Positions 10,799 through 23,829 of a stretch of DNA of 64,000 nt are shown here, one piece after another. This stretch comes from Haliotis cracherodii (Eukaryota). The stretch covers positions 44,702,001 to 44,766,000 of the forward strand of contig NW_027266265.1 in the NCBI RefSeq assembly GCF_022045235.1, read 5' to 3'. Each line of letters begins with the position of its first letter. Position 1 is the stretch's first letter. The notes under the pieces were generated by a model, which made no database searches, was not told where the DNA came from, and was given only the letters and a program-made list of their open reading frames with translations. A program made the position numbers and the translations under genes.

Positions 10799-11079
10799 GG
10801 CAGTATCTTGATTTTGAAGACCTAATGCCCCTCCTTCAGGAACCTTTGTGTCTGCATAAAATAAAATCAAGACATATTTGTTTCGTTAAAGGAAAAGAAA
10901 TGACTCCAGCAACTATTTTTGATGGGTGGGTCTACAAACAGAAGTCCAGAGAAGCATCTACGTGAATGATTCTTGATATGGCTTTGAAACGTTTCACCAA
11001 ACCAAAAACTCCACTAACTCAGAGAAAGACCGCATGGTCCTGAATTTGGAAGTTGAATATATTGATTTGCCTTTGCGTG

Positions 11080-11215
11080 AGTTTGTGATGGATGCCACTT
11101 GTGGGGCAGGACATGCTCATCTTTTCGCGAACACCTGATGCCATCACTATTTGAATAATGAACTCTGCTTTCATCAGATATTACGATTATGGCAAGAGTT
11201 GTATCGCTTTTAATT
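11080..11215 (+). mobile_element. Penelope-like 3' remnant
   Basis: gggcaggacatgctcatcttttcgcgaacacctg, homologous to 4882-4915. Confidence 0.55.
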
Positions 11216-13553
11216 ATGTGAGCTATCAGACAAGAGACAACAGCTGCCTTTAACTGCTGCTGAACCATTTTGATGGCAGTAGAGCATCGCACCGTATTGA
11301 CTTCATATGTAATTAACAGATCACCGTTGCATTGGCACGACAACAGAACGGGACGCTGAAATCTACAGATAGCAGTTATGTTTTAAAAAGTAGATGAATA
11401 AACTATAATCAATACACGACGGATGTTATGCAGTGGACTGATAAGGCACCTTCCTGCTCAACTAGACTCCAATGTCGCCTCAACGTAGAACGATATGAAA
11501 CTAATCGGGTGAGTCAATAAGTGGGCGGACATTTGACTGGTGTTGTTTTTCCAAGTATGACAAATAATTATAAAAGCTTCGAAGATTTGGTATTGATTCT
11601 TAAGAAATTAACCTGTGTTCAAGCGTGTTAACTATTTGAGTGTCATCATTAACAAAAGTATCATATATTACTGTTTCGAACATGGGTGCCACCCTTTGCT
11701 GGTATCACAGGCCTGGATGTGGCTGGGGTATTGCTAAAAACCGCGATAAACCCAACTCACTCAATCAAACAAATGGTTTAACTGGCATTAATGGTTTCAT
11801 CGATTAATCTTTAAATTAAATCGACAAAACCTTTTCCATAATCATAAGAAATCTCCACTAAAAGCTGAGTCAATTTACGATTCCGGCTATATCATGATCG
11901 TGTGTTTATGAATAACTATCAAATACTGATGTTACCAGCGTATCCTGCTCGCCGATGGCATCCAACAAACACATGCAAAAGCAAGTCAATTCATCTGAAG
12001 AAATACGGGAATATTATGGCACAAGTCAAAATATGGAATTGCATCGGACATCATTTTGGAAATGGATGCGGGAAAGTCTACCATAAAACTTTGAAGTTTC
12101 TACTGAGCTTGAGTGTTGTAACCTAGATCAAACACATTTTGAGCACGAGTGGTGTAACACACCTTGACACTTTGACGAACGATCTCGACAGAAACTACAA
12201 CATTTGGTGTTTTCATACCATCCTCATATCAATAACTAAATGTTTATGGTGACATCCAATCTGACGTTCACTTGTCCAAAAATATTCTTTTTGACGGAGG
12301 TTGTTCAATCGAAACAATAATCACATACCCTAATTTGTTCCGTACATAGGTCAAGACCCATGTGAAATGACCAAGTCATTGTTTGATTATGCTGACTCAG
12401 CGACAATTGTATTGTCAGGCAACTCAACAGAATTACAAGTTGGAGCAGCTGACGCCAGTCTGATCAAGTTTCTGGGCATTAACACCGCGTTAATCTATTA
12501 TACACCATTACCTAAGGATCCGACAAATGATTGTCTTTAAAGGCGGTGTGGGCTGGGATTTGTCCCTGACAAAATTGAAAAGAAAATTGCGTTAGGTTTT
12601 AATCCTCGGTCGATAACGATCGTACAACACCAGTGGCACAGCCAGCCATTGTTATGTCTCAGTGGTGATTGGCCATTTGAAGAGAAGTAGTGAGTGCTTT
12701 TCGATGCTGTAGCAGTAACCATTTGAAGATATTACTGACTACATTCTGGAAATGTCGCGGATAAAAACCGATAAAGGAGACTGAGTTTAAATAAAATTCG
12801 GTGACATTTACAAAAAGTACTAAATCGTCGCGATGATTCCAAACAGATATTTATAAGCAAATTCTAATGAATAAATAAATACAAAGGTTGAAACATAACA
12901 CCAGTACCAGCGTTCAGCATCTGTTACATGCTATTAACGTTGCGAGTTGAATGGAACTGCAGGAGTGCTCAAGTACACCTACATATATGACACTGGGTCT
13001 GATGCCAAGATGTTACCCATAATAACGGTTTACCAGTCAATAGCTTGCATGTAGAGTCTCTCCTCGTCCCAGTAACATGAGCCTGTCCCATTAAGGTACA
13101 GTACGGCTCGTTGGCGCAGCAACCCTGGTTCTTCTCGCTCGACTGGTCAGTTGAATAGTTTGACTCTGGCCATTAAAGAGTTCCTCATGCGAATCTATCG
13201 AATTCCGTTCTTGTGGCCAAAGGGCATGCATGACCTGACAGGATATGCACTCTAAAGGGACAATTGAACAGTTGTCCTTTAAAGTTTTAGATGTTATTTG
13301 TAGATTAATGTTTTGTTGACATAAACTGCCGGGTATAAGAAAGTATACACTTGAAAACTGGATATGACCAATAACTTGCATACGATATTAAAACGTTTCT
13401 AGACTGAAAACAGTAGCCGATACCTCAGGTCCCCAAAACACAACTATGATATCCGTATGAAATTACCTACCTACTTCTTGTTTGTTTTATTTTTATCCAT
13501 CACCAAACATGAGTGGATACTTCTTTTGCCCGGTTGTCTAGTTGACCTAAGAG

Positions 13554-13840
13554 TGAGTTAGTGAGTGAGTGAGTTGTGTTTAACGCCGCTTTTAACAGTA
13601 TTTCAGTCATATCACGGCGTGTCAGCTTAATGTGGGAGAAAAGCCCGAAGAGATGCAGGTCTTAGACGTTTACCACTTCGGTGCAACCCACGAACACGGC
13701 TATGGTGCTGACAAACCTAGAAACATAATTGGGGCGAACCGGGATTCGAGCCCATAATCATAGGTTTCTGGCGTGCCGAAGGGACGCAACTCTGCACAGC
13801 GAATTGCGGCGCCTGAGACGACTGGGCCGCCCGTGCCGCC
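13554..13840 (-). mobile_element. Full-length SINE family B with 14-bp TSD
   Basis: AGTTGACCTAAGAG at 13540-13553 and 13841-13854; complete head and (ACTC)n tail. Confidence 0.95.
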
Positions 13841-14261
13841 AGTTGACCTAAGAGAAATGAAGTGTCATGTGTCGGCAGGTTATCAAAGTCCGGTCAGACT
13901 ATCCAGTGGTTGATAGTATGACCAACATTAAATTATCACACCAGTGTTTAAGAAATCAAGGCCGGGGCACATGAGCCAGTGATTGATAGAAAGAACGACA
14001 AAACATCATAGAAGTATGAACGCAATCAACCTTTGACCAGACACGTGGTTGATGGAGTGAGCACCAATGAGCTGTAATGATTCTGGAACAAGCAAACCGT
14101 TGAGAGATGGTGTGAGAATCGACCCGCTCTGTAGCGGTGCGATGACAATGTTTACAACGTATTGTTATAGTGGGTACTTCCGAACAATCTCATTCCACTC
14201 GTCTTCTACAATAATGCTGCAATTAGATTATCGACCTCTACAGCAGAGTTATTTCCCATGA

Positions 14262-14435
14262 CGCCTCCGTGGTCTAGTGGATAGAGAGAGTAAGGTTGGT
14301 GGTTCGGTTCCGTGACAGCGTCACACAAAAAGTTCTTAAAAGACGGCACTTGTTGTTACCATGCCCCTGATTTTCTGAGTGGTACCCGTATTAAACTGCG
14401 GTGTTATCTCAGTGGGATAGCACTATAAAACCAGC
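14262..14435 (+). mobile_element. SINE family C, degenerate
   Basis: gcctccgtggtctagtgg head; tatctcagtgggatagcactataaa body. Confidence 0.7.
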
Positions 14436-15226
14436 TTTTCCCCTTTATTGTCGGTGATACAACACATACCTCGTTGTTCTGATTGGTGCAAGATTAGGCG
14501 GCCATCCAATCAGACAAACACTAGGTAAGGGCTCACAGAACGTCTCATTCGTGACCAACTCGTGTTATTCCGGCGACAAGCCGAATAGCGACTCGTGCCC
14601 CTGTCGTGGCCATTTTTGCAACCGGGTTCCGTCTTAGCGCAAACGGGCATACATAAAACAATTGTCAACTCGTTGCGCAATGGTTCACATATATTTCACC
14701 ATATATCATTTATATTTCAGATGCAATTAAAAGCACATCAGGACATGCGAAATTATACAGTATGATTGGACACATTTAACTGTGTCTTGGGTATATTTTT
14801 AGATGCAAGACATATGTAAAAACAGAAATTATTTCTGAGGGATTCTTTGACGAAGAACTTGAAATCATAGGCGCATTCTGATTGGTTTGTCGTATTTTCG
14901 CACATAACATTCATCGATAGGGGGACAAGTCTTCTTGCAGGTTATGGAAAGGGGCGAGTGGTGACGAATGAGAACGTCTTGCTGTTCTGATTGCTGCACA
15001 ATTATATGTTTATCCAATCACATGTGCCCCCAGACAAAGGCGACAGGCTTACAGTACATGCCGCGATGCTCTGATTGGTGCAAGGTAATATGCTCATTCA
15101 ATCAAATGTGCCACTTGGAGCACATGATGCTCAAATACAGAGACTTCATCAGATTATTATTTCGTCCAACGTTTTGGGGGAATATCTATATTCCTGTCAT
15201 ATATATGCTCTTAATTGCATTACATT

Positions 15227-15555
15227 GCCTCCGTGGTCTAGTGGTAGAGCATCTGCCCGGAGAGCGAAAGGTCGTGGGCGCGATCCCCGGCTCAGTCGTA
15301 GCAAAATACGTTAAAAAATGGTACTTGTTGTTACCCTGCCTGGCGTTCGACATTAAGGGGCAAAAACAAGGACCTGTCGGCTGGAAGTCTGTTTACTATG
15401 TCTGAATGGGAGATTCATGTAAAGCTGCGGCATGGTATCTCAGTAGGCTAGCACTATAAAAATCGGGATTAGTCCCGACTAGTACAAGCAGACACACACA
15501 CGTCGCTGTATAAGTGCAATTATTTTGGCGACGTTAAACCCCATTTCACCTCACA
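15227..15555 (+). mobile_element. SINE family C (Meta/MESC-domain-like)
   Basis: tRNA head followed by AAATGGTACTTGTTGTTACCCTGCCTGGCG and tail GACGTTAAACCCCATTTCACCTCAC. Confidence 0.85.
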
Positions 15556-15889
15556 TTACCTTGATTTCTATGACAACACTTCACGATCTTGACACTGAGC
15601 AGGTATTTCTCGGAGACAAGATGGCGGTACCCTAACGGTACAAACAATTGGCTAGTTAAAACAGCACTTACATCGCAAAGTGCATGTCTTCATATGTGAT
15701 GCTGTAACGCAGTGTACACACGCAGATGAAGTATTGACGTTGTTAGAAATAACTATAATAGCCATGACAAGCAGAGTGTTCAGGGGCAGAGGCTACAACC
15801 TGGCACGTTACGAGCAGACAGGTCCACATTAGGCCAGACCTTTAACGGCTGCAGCTTTGCATGAAACATCAGACAGCTTCTAATCTTGA

Positions 15890-16027
15890 GAGGCGGTGAG
15901 GTAGCCTAGTAGTTAAAGCGTTCGCTCATCACGCTGAAGACCCGGGTTCGATGCCCGTTTCAGGTGTCCCCCGCCGTGACATTCCTGGAATGTTGCTTAA
16001 AGCGGCGTAACACCATAACACTCACTC
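15890..16027 (+). mobile_element. SINE family A
   Basis: ggcggtgaggtagcctagtagttaaagcg...gcggcgtaacaccataacactcactc. Confidence 0.85.
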
Positions 16028-16132
16028 TAATCTGGAAGTTGCCAAGAGGTGAATCACTAACCTGTGAAAGAATGGGCGGAATGGAGCAATGGCGAGACAT
16101 TCAGACAACTACATCATTGTGGTAGACTTTGA

Positions 16133-16200
16133 GGTGAGGTGAGGTGAAATTGGGTTTAACGTCGCGTCCAAGATTATTGCGCTTATATAGCGACGTGCAT

Positions 16201-16242
<42 letters not shown>

Positions 16243-16460
16243 CTGCTTGTACTAGACAGGACTGATGCCGATTTATAGTGCTAGCCCACTGAGATACCAT
16301 GCCGCAGTTTAACATGAATACCCCACTCAGACACAGTATACTGACTCCGAGCCGACCAGTCCTCTTATTGCCGAGCGCCAGACAGGGTAACAACAAGTAC
16401 CATCTTTAAACGTCTTTTGGTATGACGCGGACGCTCTACCACTAGACCACGGAGGCGGTC
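16133..16460 (-). mobile_element. SINE family C with 12-bp TSD and internal (CA)n
   Basis: GGTAGACTTTGA at 16121-16132 and 16461-16472. Confidence 0.92.
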
Positions 16461-17769
16461 GGTAGACTTTGATACATCACATGTAAAATGTACCGGGACA
16501 TACACTTGAACCACTGGTTTTATACACGTGTTGTGTTTCAACACAAATGACACTCGGAATCTTCCTTTCTGTTTCGCGTTATTTGTCCATACAGAAAGAC
16601 CCGCTAGTCAGGAACACCGCCCTTCTCTCGGATGCTTTTGGGAATATCTCCATTCAAACATTTCCACCTTACTTTGTGTCCATGGTCCGTTAATCAGGAC
16701 ATTTGTTAATCCGGACTACATCACTGGGAAACGCATCGGATTAACAGGGTTTCATTGTATACTGGGGCACGGGTGGCCAAGACGTCTTAGGCGCCTTGGA
16801 ACTCCAGAAACCTTTGACGGTGGGTTCGACCCGATTGTTTCTAGGTTTGTGTAAAATTGTTTTGGCCATGTCAGATTAACTATAGTCATGTGAGAAAGTC
16901 TGGTGTTTTTTCAAATTCCTTTTAGCAGTATAAATGTTATTTTAAAATAAGCCAAACAATCGGACTTTCCTACAACATCATGACGATATATATCTGCAAT
17001 ACTGTTCAAAGGGGCGTTAAAACAAATTCACCCACCCAAGTAATTGTATATTTGGCACAAACAATATCCATTCCATCTCCTAATTGTAAAGTTCACATGG
17101 ATAGTCGCGTTGCTTTTCACAAATTGAGCAGAATACATTGTCGACATTGATAAAGTTCGTCTCTACAATTAAGACATGGCAAGAAATTTGACATCCGCTT
17201 CAATTAAGCTCACAAATGCAATCAAAGTCAGTCATCAACACTTTAACGATTTCTGAATATTTGTTGATGAAAAGAGGCAGAACTGTCATCGCAAACAAGA
17301 ACTAATTTCTGGCTACCAGAAAAAAGGTAGTTTTTAAAGAGAGGTTTGAAATACAAGTGTTAAACAAATACAGGCGGATATCGATTGGCGAGGGTTTGTT
17401 GTGAGCTTCAATGTCCAACCATCAGAGCATGGCACAGGTATTCGCCAGTAACTCGGGGTATTGCGCAAACAGCAAACATGTCGAAATAGATACCACACAT
17501 GGGAATATTAAAATTAGAGCTGGCGTTTGCGAGAAATATAATCATTGCAGTAGTCCTTCCATATCGATATTAAGGTCTGCCGTTATTTTTGTTTAGATGA
17601 AAGGATGCATTTTTTATGACATAGTTCTGATAAAAGTCGTAATAGACGTTATGTCTACGTTTTCTGCATGGAATCGTTCAAACACGGAGTAATGGGATAA
17701 GGGTAAACGTAAAGTCTTATCAGATGTGTTGATCACAATTACAGTTTCATTACCACTACTCTAATTTGT

Positions 17770-17840
17770 TAGTAGCAGTAGTAGCAGTAGTAGAGGTAGT
17801 AGTAGTGGTAGTAACAGGAGTAGTAGTAGTCGAGTAGCAG
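17770..17840. repeat. Imperfect (TAG/CAG)n microsatellite
   Basis: agtagcagtagtagcagtagtagaggtagtagtagt. Confidence 0.85.
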
Positions 17841-19504
17841 TAATGTAACAACTACGGTCGTGGTAGTTGTAAACGACCCTAGTAGTGATAAATTCATTGG
17901 AGTAATAGCACAAATGTGAAAATGAATACCCCTAAAACGTTGACGTTTTAAAAATAAAATAAATTCACATTGTTATGATGTTTAAGGTAACGTTCATCTT
18001 GGGCGCCGCGATAGGGGTCTGAGAGTCTTGTTTGAAACAAATAATCTGGAATAAATGTATTTGTCGTCAGGTTCTAGCCAAGGACAAACATCGGTCGCTG
18101 AACATGATATTCTGAAATTATTTGGCACCGCCTACCATGATAGTAAACAATAATGCTTTGAACCACTGGCTGAAAATAGAATCTGTTTCCTACAAGCCGA
18201 GGCCATGAATAAGAAATTGTCAGTCACTACCGCGTCACAGGTACTAAGCAGAGAGCACTGAAGTAGCGGTTCAACATGGCAAATTAGAACATTATTTTGA
18301 CTCATTTACTCATTTACGTGTAAATATTTACCTGATAGTATACATATGAACATCAGGTTTCAACAAGAAGCAATTCCTCAAACGACGGCCATAAACAGTT
18401 TGTCTTAGACAATAATATCGTCTTCTTTAATTGGTTAACGTTTGAGAATGGCACTGAGGTCCAAACAGTTATGTCGACTGTCGTGTCAATTTCAACCTCA
18501 ATCACAATCACCAAGAGCAACGGCGTGGACGGCCAAGTCAGGTTTAGATGAGATTTGATAGGAAATCGATCACTCCTTGAGGTATCCAATAACGATCAGA
18601 AAATGAACCGTATTGACGAAGAGTGCCATGATTAGAACCCTCTATTTACTTACTAAACCTATATCAATAACTCCATACTTGAACATCGCGATTACCGAGA
18701 AGAGGAAACATTACCATTAGCAACCAATATCCAATACATACAATTGCAGAAAATCTATTATGTCCTACATTGGTTTGTTGGTTTAATGTCAATCACTATA
18801 AACATTTAACTGACCTTTCCAAAGAAACTTCAGAAAATGAATGCTAAAAACCGCATCATATGAACTAGGGACACAGTTTACAATCGGCTTCAACTTCTCT
18901 TGATTTGTTTTCTCAACGAATCGATGAAAGATTCAATAGCAATAGGAAATTTCACCATAGTCGACCTACCTGAGTTCGGAAGGACTACGTCCGCAGCCTT
19001 TGGTATAACGAATAAAATATAGTTAGAGGTAGCTCCTTCAATTCAAAACAATTTAAGCGTCCAAATCACAACATTCTTTATCCGAAGGACCTGAAGAATC
19101 CTCCGCCAGAGAAAACAGGTCCCAAGTCAGGGTAGACGAACGCTTTGAGAGTCGAGGGATGGTGCCGGTGGACCTCTCTCCTGGCGTATTGATTGTGGCT
19201 CGGCTAGCTTTAATCAGCCACCAGAACTAGTTGTACTGCAAGCAGTTCTCACAGTCTCAACTGCGGCCGGTTAATTAGAACCAGTGACAGGAAAATAGCA
19301 TTTGCTTGTAGCAGCAGGTGTTGATGTTGTTTTAGGGCGATGTAATGAGAATTCGGTGATTTCATCAGATCTGGCGTGCGGCTGAAGATAGTGCAGCGTA
19401 AATGTTCCCTGATTAGATATGATCACTTAATATAGTGGGTGGGAAGAGTTCTCGTATGCGGCAATCTATTTTGAGATCTGATAAAAAACATTACTGTGTA
19501 ATGA

Positions 19505-19705
19505 GTATTTATTTTTTTGTTTTACGCCGTCGGCAATATTCCAGCTGGAAATAATCGAATCTGAACTAGACGAACCAGGGATTGATATCATGAGCAACAT
19601 CCCACATCATCCGGGTGCGATGACACGCAAACAGCCCATTAACCCTCGATCCATTTAGTCGCCTCGTACAAGCATTGTTTGCTGGGCCCAATGTGAACCC
19701 AGAAT
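19505..19705 (-). mobile_element. Degenerate family D copy
   Basis: aatattccagctggaaataatcgaatctg...ttagtcgcctcgtacaagcat is the reverse complement of D motifs. Confidence 0.65.
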
Positions 19706-20499
19706 CTGGTACACTTAGCCTGTTTCATAGAAGATCAGGAAAACCATTTAGGGATTTTCCTTTGAAGAAAATGTGCTACCCAAAATATGTAATAAATAAT
19801 CTTTACTTCAAACATCTAATTACCTTTGAAAAAGGACACGAATTAAACGCGAAGGACTTAATTGCGGCTGAAGCGGTATTAAAAGAGACTCACAAGGACG
19901 TTGCAGCGTTATTTAAGACAAGGGAGAGCAGGATAACTAACACCTCCAGGACAATGCCTATCGAGGACAAATATCCTGTTTCAGAATCAAAGCACAAGAT
20001 GCCATTATTCATAACATATTCTCTCTATTACCATTCAATGCATTACCAGAAATGCGAGTGAGTGAGAAATTTGACGAGAAAGAATCGTTTCATATAGCGA
20101 TTCATCTTCCTTCGGGACTGGCTGTTTGCTCAGCGCTCAGACGCAATACACACCGCCTTTGATTACTGTTGCTTGTGTTTCATGATCACAGGACCGGGAC
20201 CCATAATATCAACACTCACGGACAAAGTGAAAGGTCAAACGCAACACGAGATTGAATGTTCACGCTACAAAGTTACCACAACCTTTACCGTCATGAACTT
20301 CAATACCTTGATAAAAAAACATCAAACTGATAAATGTAATCTTCAAAACATGGTAATCAACAACAAATCAAACAAAGAAACTAACAAACCACAATACAAC
20401 CCCCCCCCCCCCCCCAACCCCCCCCCCCCCCCCCCCCAAACAACAACAACAACAAAACAAACAAACACGTGAATAAAAACAAAACCAAGAAATGATGAA

Positions 20500-20955
20500 G
20501 AGGTATATTTTGGGGGATGGTAGCTCGTGCTGACAATGCAACTAAATTCATAATAATCAATTTGGGATTCAACGCCATGATCATAGGACTATGGAACAAC
20601 TATGACAAGGTTACAACATTTAAGGCCAAAGTAAAGCTTTCAAAACATTTTGTGGTAGACATGGAGGAAATTTACAAATTTGACGCACCACTGACCAAAA
20701 TAATGCCTGTTGCAATTCCATATTTTTACTTGTACTACAGAAACCCGTCTTTTTTTCAGGTGAACACTTGACTTGACATGTGTTTGTGACGGGTGCCACC
20801 GGTCGGGCAGAATACGCTCACCTTTTCGCGAACGCCTGTTGTCATCATTATTTCATAGTGATTCATGAACACATGTTCATGATATAGTCTGAATCGTACA
20901 ATCGACTCTGTTTTGACAGAGATTTCTTATAAATATGGAAAGGGTTTTGTAGCTT
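20500..20955 (+). mobile_element. Decayed Penelope-like RT C-terminus plus 3' region
   Basis: QGYNI*GQSKAFKTFCGRH..KFDAPLTKIMPVAIP; collinear with 4680-5030. Confidence 0.65.
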
Positions 20956-21112
20956 TAACCTACATAAACCAGTCGCGGCAAGCAATGTCATCCGACGGAG
21001 TGTCACTTTCTGCTTCATGAAACAACATGAGGTTAACATCAATGATGCAGACACCAGCAACGTCAGCGATGTAGTCAACCGTGGTGGAATGAGTTGCTGG
21101 TTCTATTGTGAG

Positions 21113-21620
21113 CCTTGGTTTTCTGTATCAAACTTGTGGTTCACCAAAACATCCTTGCTTTGTCAGCACAATGATTGTGTTTGCGTGGTTTACCAAGGCT
21201 CCTTGGTTTATCAGCACTATAACTGTGGCTCCCCACTATTCCTTGGTTTGTCAGCACAATAATTGCGGTTCACCAAAATTCCTTGGTTTGTCAGCACAAT
21301 AATTGTGGTTCGCCAAAATTCCTTGGTTTGTCAGCACAATAATTGTGGTTCACCAAAATTCCTTGGTTTGTCAGCACAATAATTGTGGTTCGGCAAAATT
21401 CCTTGGTTTGTCAGCACAATAATTGTGGTTCACCAAAATTCCTTGGTTTGTCAGCACAATAATTGTGGTTCGCCAAAGTTCCTTGGTTTGTCAGCACAAT
21501 AATTGTGGTTCGCCAAAGCTCTTTGGTTTGTCAGCACAATAATTGTGGTTCGCCAAAGCTCTTTGGTTTGTCAGCACAATAATTGAGGTTCACCAAAGTT
21601 CCCTGGTTTGTCAGCACCAT
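21113..21620. repeat. 40-bp minisatellite (~13 copies) derived from SINE B
   Basis: CCTTGGTTTGTCAGCACAATAATTGTGGTTC(A/G)CCAAAATT at 40-bp period from 21201 to 21601. Confidence 0.95.
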
Positions 21621-21809
21621 AAGCATGTTTGTGCGTTTCATCAAAGTGATAAAAAGTCAAGGATATTTGTGCAAATTTGGTCAGTTTAGAAATATTGTTT
21701 AAAAGCCATGCACTTACTCATATTCCCAATATCCCAATTCTTATAGTCCAAATATTTCACGATTTTTATCTTAATGAGTTTCAATGATCCATTCATGTAA
21801 TTTTCACCA

Positions 21810-21977
21810 CTACGGTTATAACGAAATTAACGGGACCACTAAATTTAGTTCGTAATATCCGTAGTTCGTCATAAGCAAATAAACAGCATAATTACAGCAA
21901 ATGGACGGGGCCAAAAAATGTTCGTTATATCCGTCAGTTCGTTATAAGCGTGTTCGTTATAAACGTACTTTACTGTA
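21810..21977. mobile_element. Tc1/mariner-type MITE, right half
   Basis: Repeated TTCGTTATA motifs; terminus ...TTTACTG|TA. Confidence 0.65.
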
Positions 21978-22475
21978 CTCCCAAAGGAATTAGTTTCAGC
22001 AAACACTCGAGATTGCTTATTTGTTGACACACATTAATTATTTCTTCGGTGGAAACTATACATTTTTTATCTAAATAACATTCAGAAACAACCATTACGA
22101 TTACAGAACGCGGATCTGTGCAAATTAAAACACATCATTGTAATCTATGACAATAGACGCATCCATTGACAAAGGCTTCTGTTCTAGACCTACACGCATC
22201 GATAACACCAAATATCAAATACCCAGATAACTGGCACGCATAACGCATCCTTGGCAACGATATTGTTCTTTCATCTTTATATATGATCATCATTGTATAT
22301 ATCCATCGACAGCTAGATCGTGTTGTTATTAAACATAATCTATGACAGTTATCCGAGGCCATGTACTATCCCTTGTTTTACATCTTCGTTCTCTAATAAA
22401 ACATATAACACAGCGAGGATGATGCCTGATCATCATCCCATTCCGTCATAGTTTCAGATATATCACCATCTGTCA

Positions 22476-22820
22476 CAACCCATGCATGCCGTAATAGACT
22501 ACCATGCTTGTCGTAAGAGTCGACTAACGGGATCATGTGGTCAGGCTCGCTGACTTGGTTGATGCATGTCATCGTATCTCAATTGCGTGGATCTTTGGTT
22601 ATGGTGTCAATCACAGGAGTGTCTGGTCCAGACTCGATTATTTACAGACCGCCGTCAGACAGCTGGAATATTGCTAAGGCGGCTTTAAACAACAAACAAA
22701 ATACAAAAAAGCATCTGTCAGGATTGTCTGGTCCAGATTCGATTATTTACAGACCGCCGTCAGACAGCTGAAATATATTGCTAAGGCGGCTTTAAACAAC
22801 AAACAAACAAACCACAAAAA
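22476..22820 (+). mobile_element. 5'-truncated family D insertion with a duplicated 3' tail
   Basis: Two copies of gtctggtccaga...ggcggctttaaacaacaaac; target-like CA(T/C)CTGTCA at ~22467, ~22712 and ~22821. Confidence 0.8.
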
Positions 22821-23687
22821 CACCTGTCAGATTATTGTGGGAGGAAAACATTAAGTGATGCTCTGTGATGAAGCGCACGAACATGGAAATGGTGCTCATA
22901 AACCACACCCAAACTATCCCCTGTCAAACACGTGGATTAGGCTCCCATGAGTGAGTTGGCAGTTTGCTCGAGCGGTCTACGAAACAACATCAAATATACA
23001 TAAACCAAAGGCAACAATAACATCCGGTTGGTACAGATTGGTTTCTAACTTTACCGTGACGCGTCGTAGATGTCGTGGGGGTGTCTACCGAAACATGGAG
23101 GGCGAGAGTTGGTCGGTTTTCACTCGTCAAATCAGCCATGTTGGACAGTATACAATGCACAATGGACGAAATAGTCACTAAATACTGAGATGGGCTACCG
23201 GCACATTGAAACATTTTCATTTCAATACACTATAGAGCAGTTAAGCGTTATCGCACTAGTAATTCAAAAATGGTGTTACTGTCTGGTGATGTGGAACTAA
23301 ATCCCCCCCCCCCCCCCCCCCCCCCCCCGAAAATAAAATGATAAAATTGATAAAAATCAGATGGACATTGACATCGGTACTTCATTCCAAGACCCTTAGT
23401 ATGAAAACAGATTATATTATTGACGTTGCTCTTTCCCACCCAACATGTCCCATTACAAAGACTCAGTGGTGAATGGTAGGCAGTTGTGAAGATGAGGGTA
23501 ATGCAAGTCAGCGTCATGGTGTCTTGGAGAATTTCTTAGCCCTCGAACCTGGGCGAGATTACCCGCCTTCAGGTGTGATATGACGTCATGGGATTGGCGA
23601 GTGCCGTGTTCGTCGAGTGAAGTGATCACACCTTCGTTTAATGCTTTTTGGTTTAAAAATAACTTCATCAACGTTGGCAGCAGGAGA

Positions 23688-23829
23688 NNNNNNNNNNNNN
23701 NNNNNNNNNNNNNNNNNNNNNNNNNNNNNNNNNNNNNNNNNNNNNNNNNNNNNNNNNNNNNNNNNNNNNNNNNNNNNNNNNNNNNNNNNNNNNNNNNNNN
23801 NNNNNNNNNNNNNNNNNNNNNNNNNNNNN
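23688..23829. other. Assembly gap
   Basis: Run of N. Confidence 1.
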
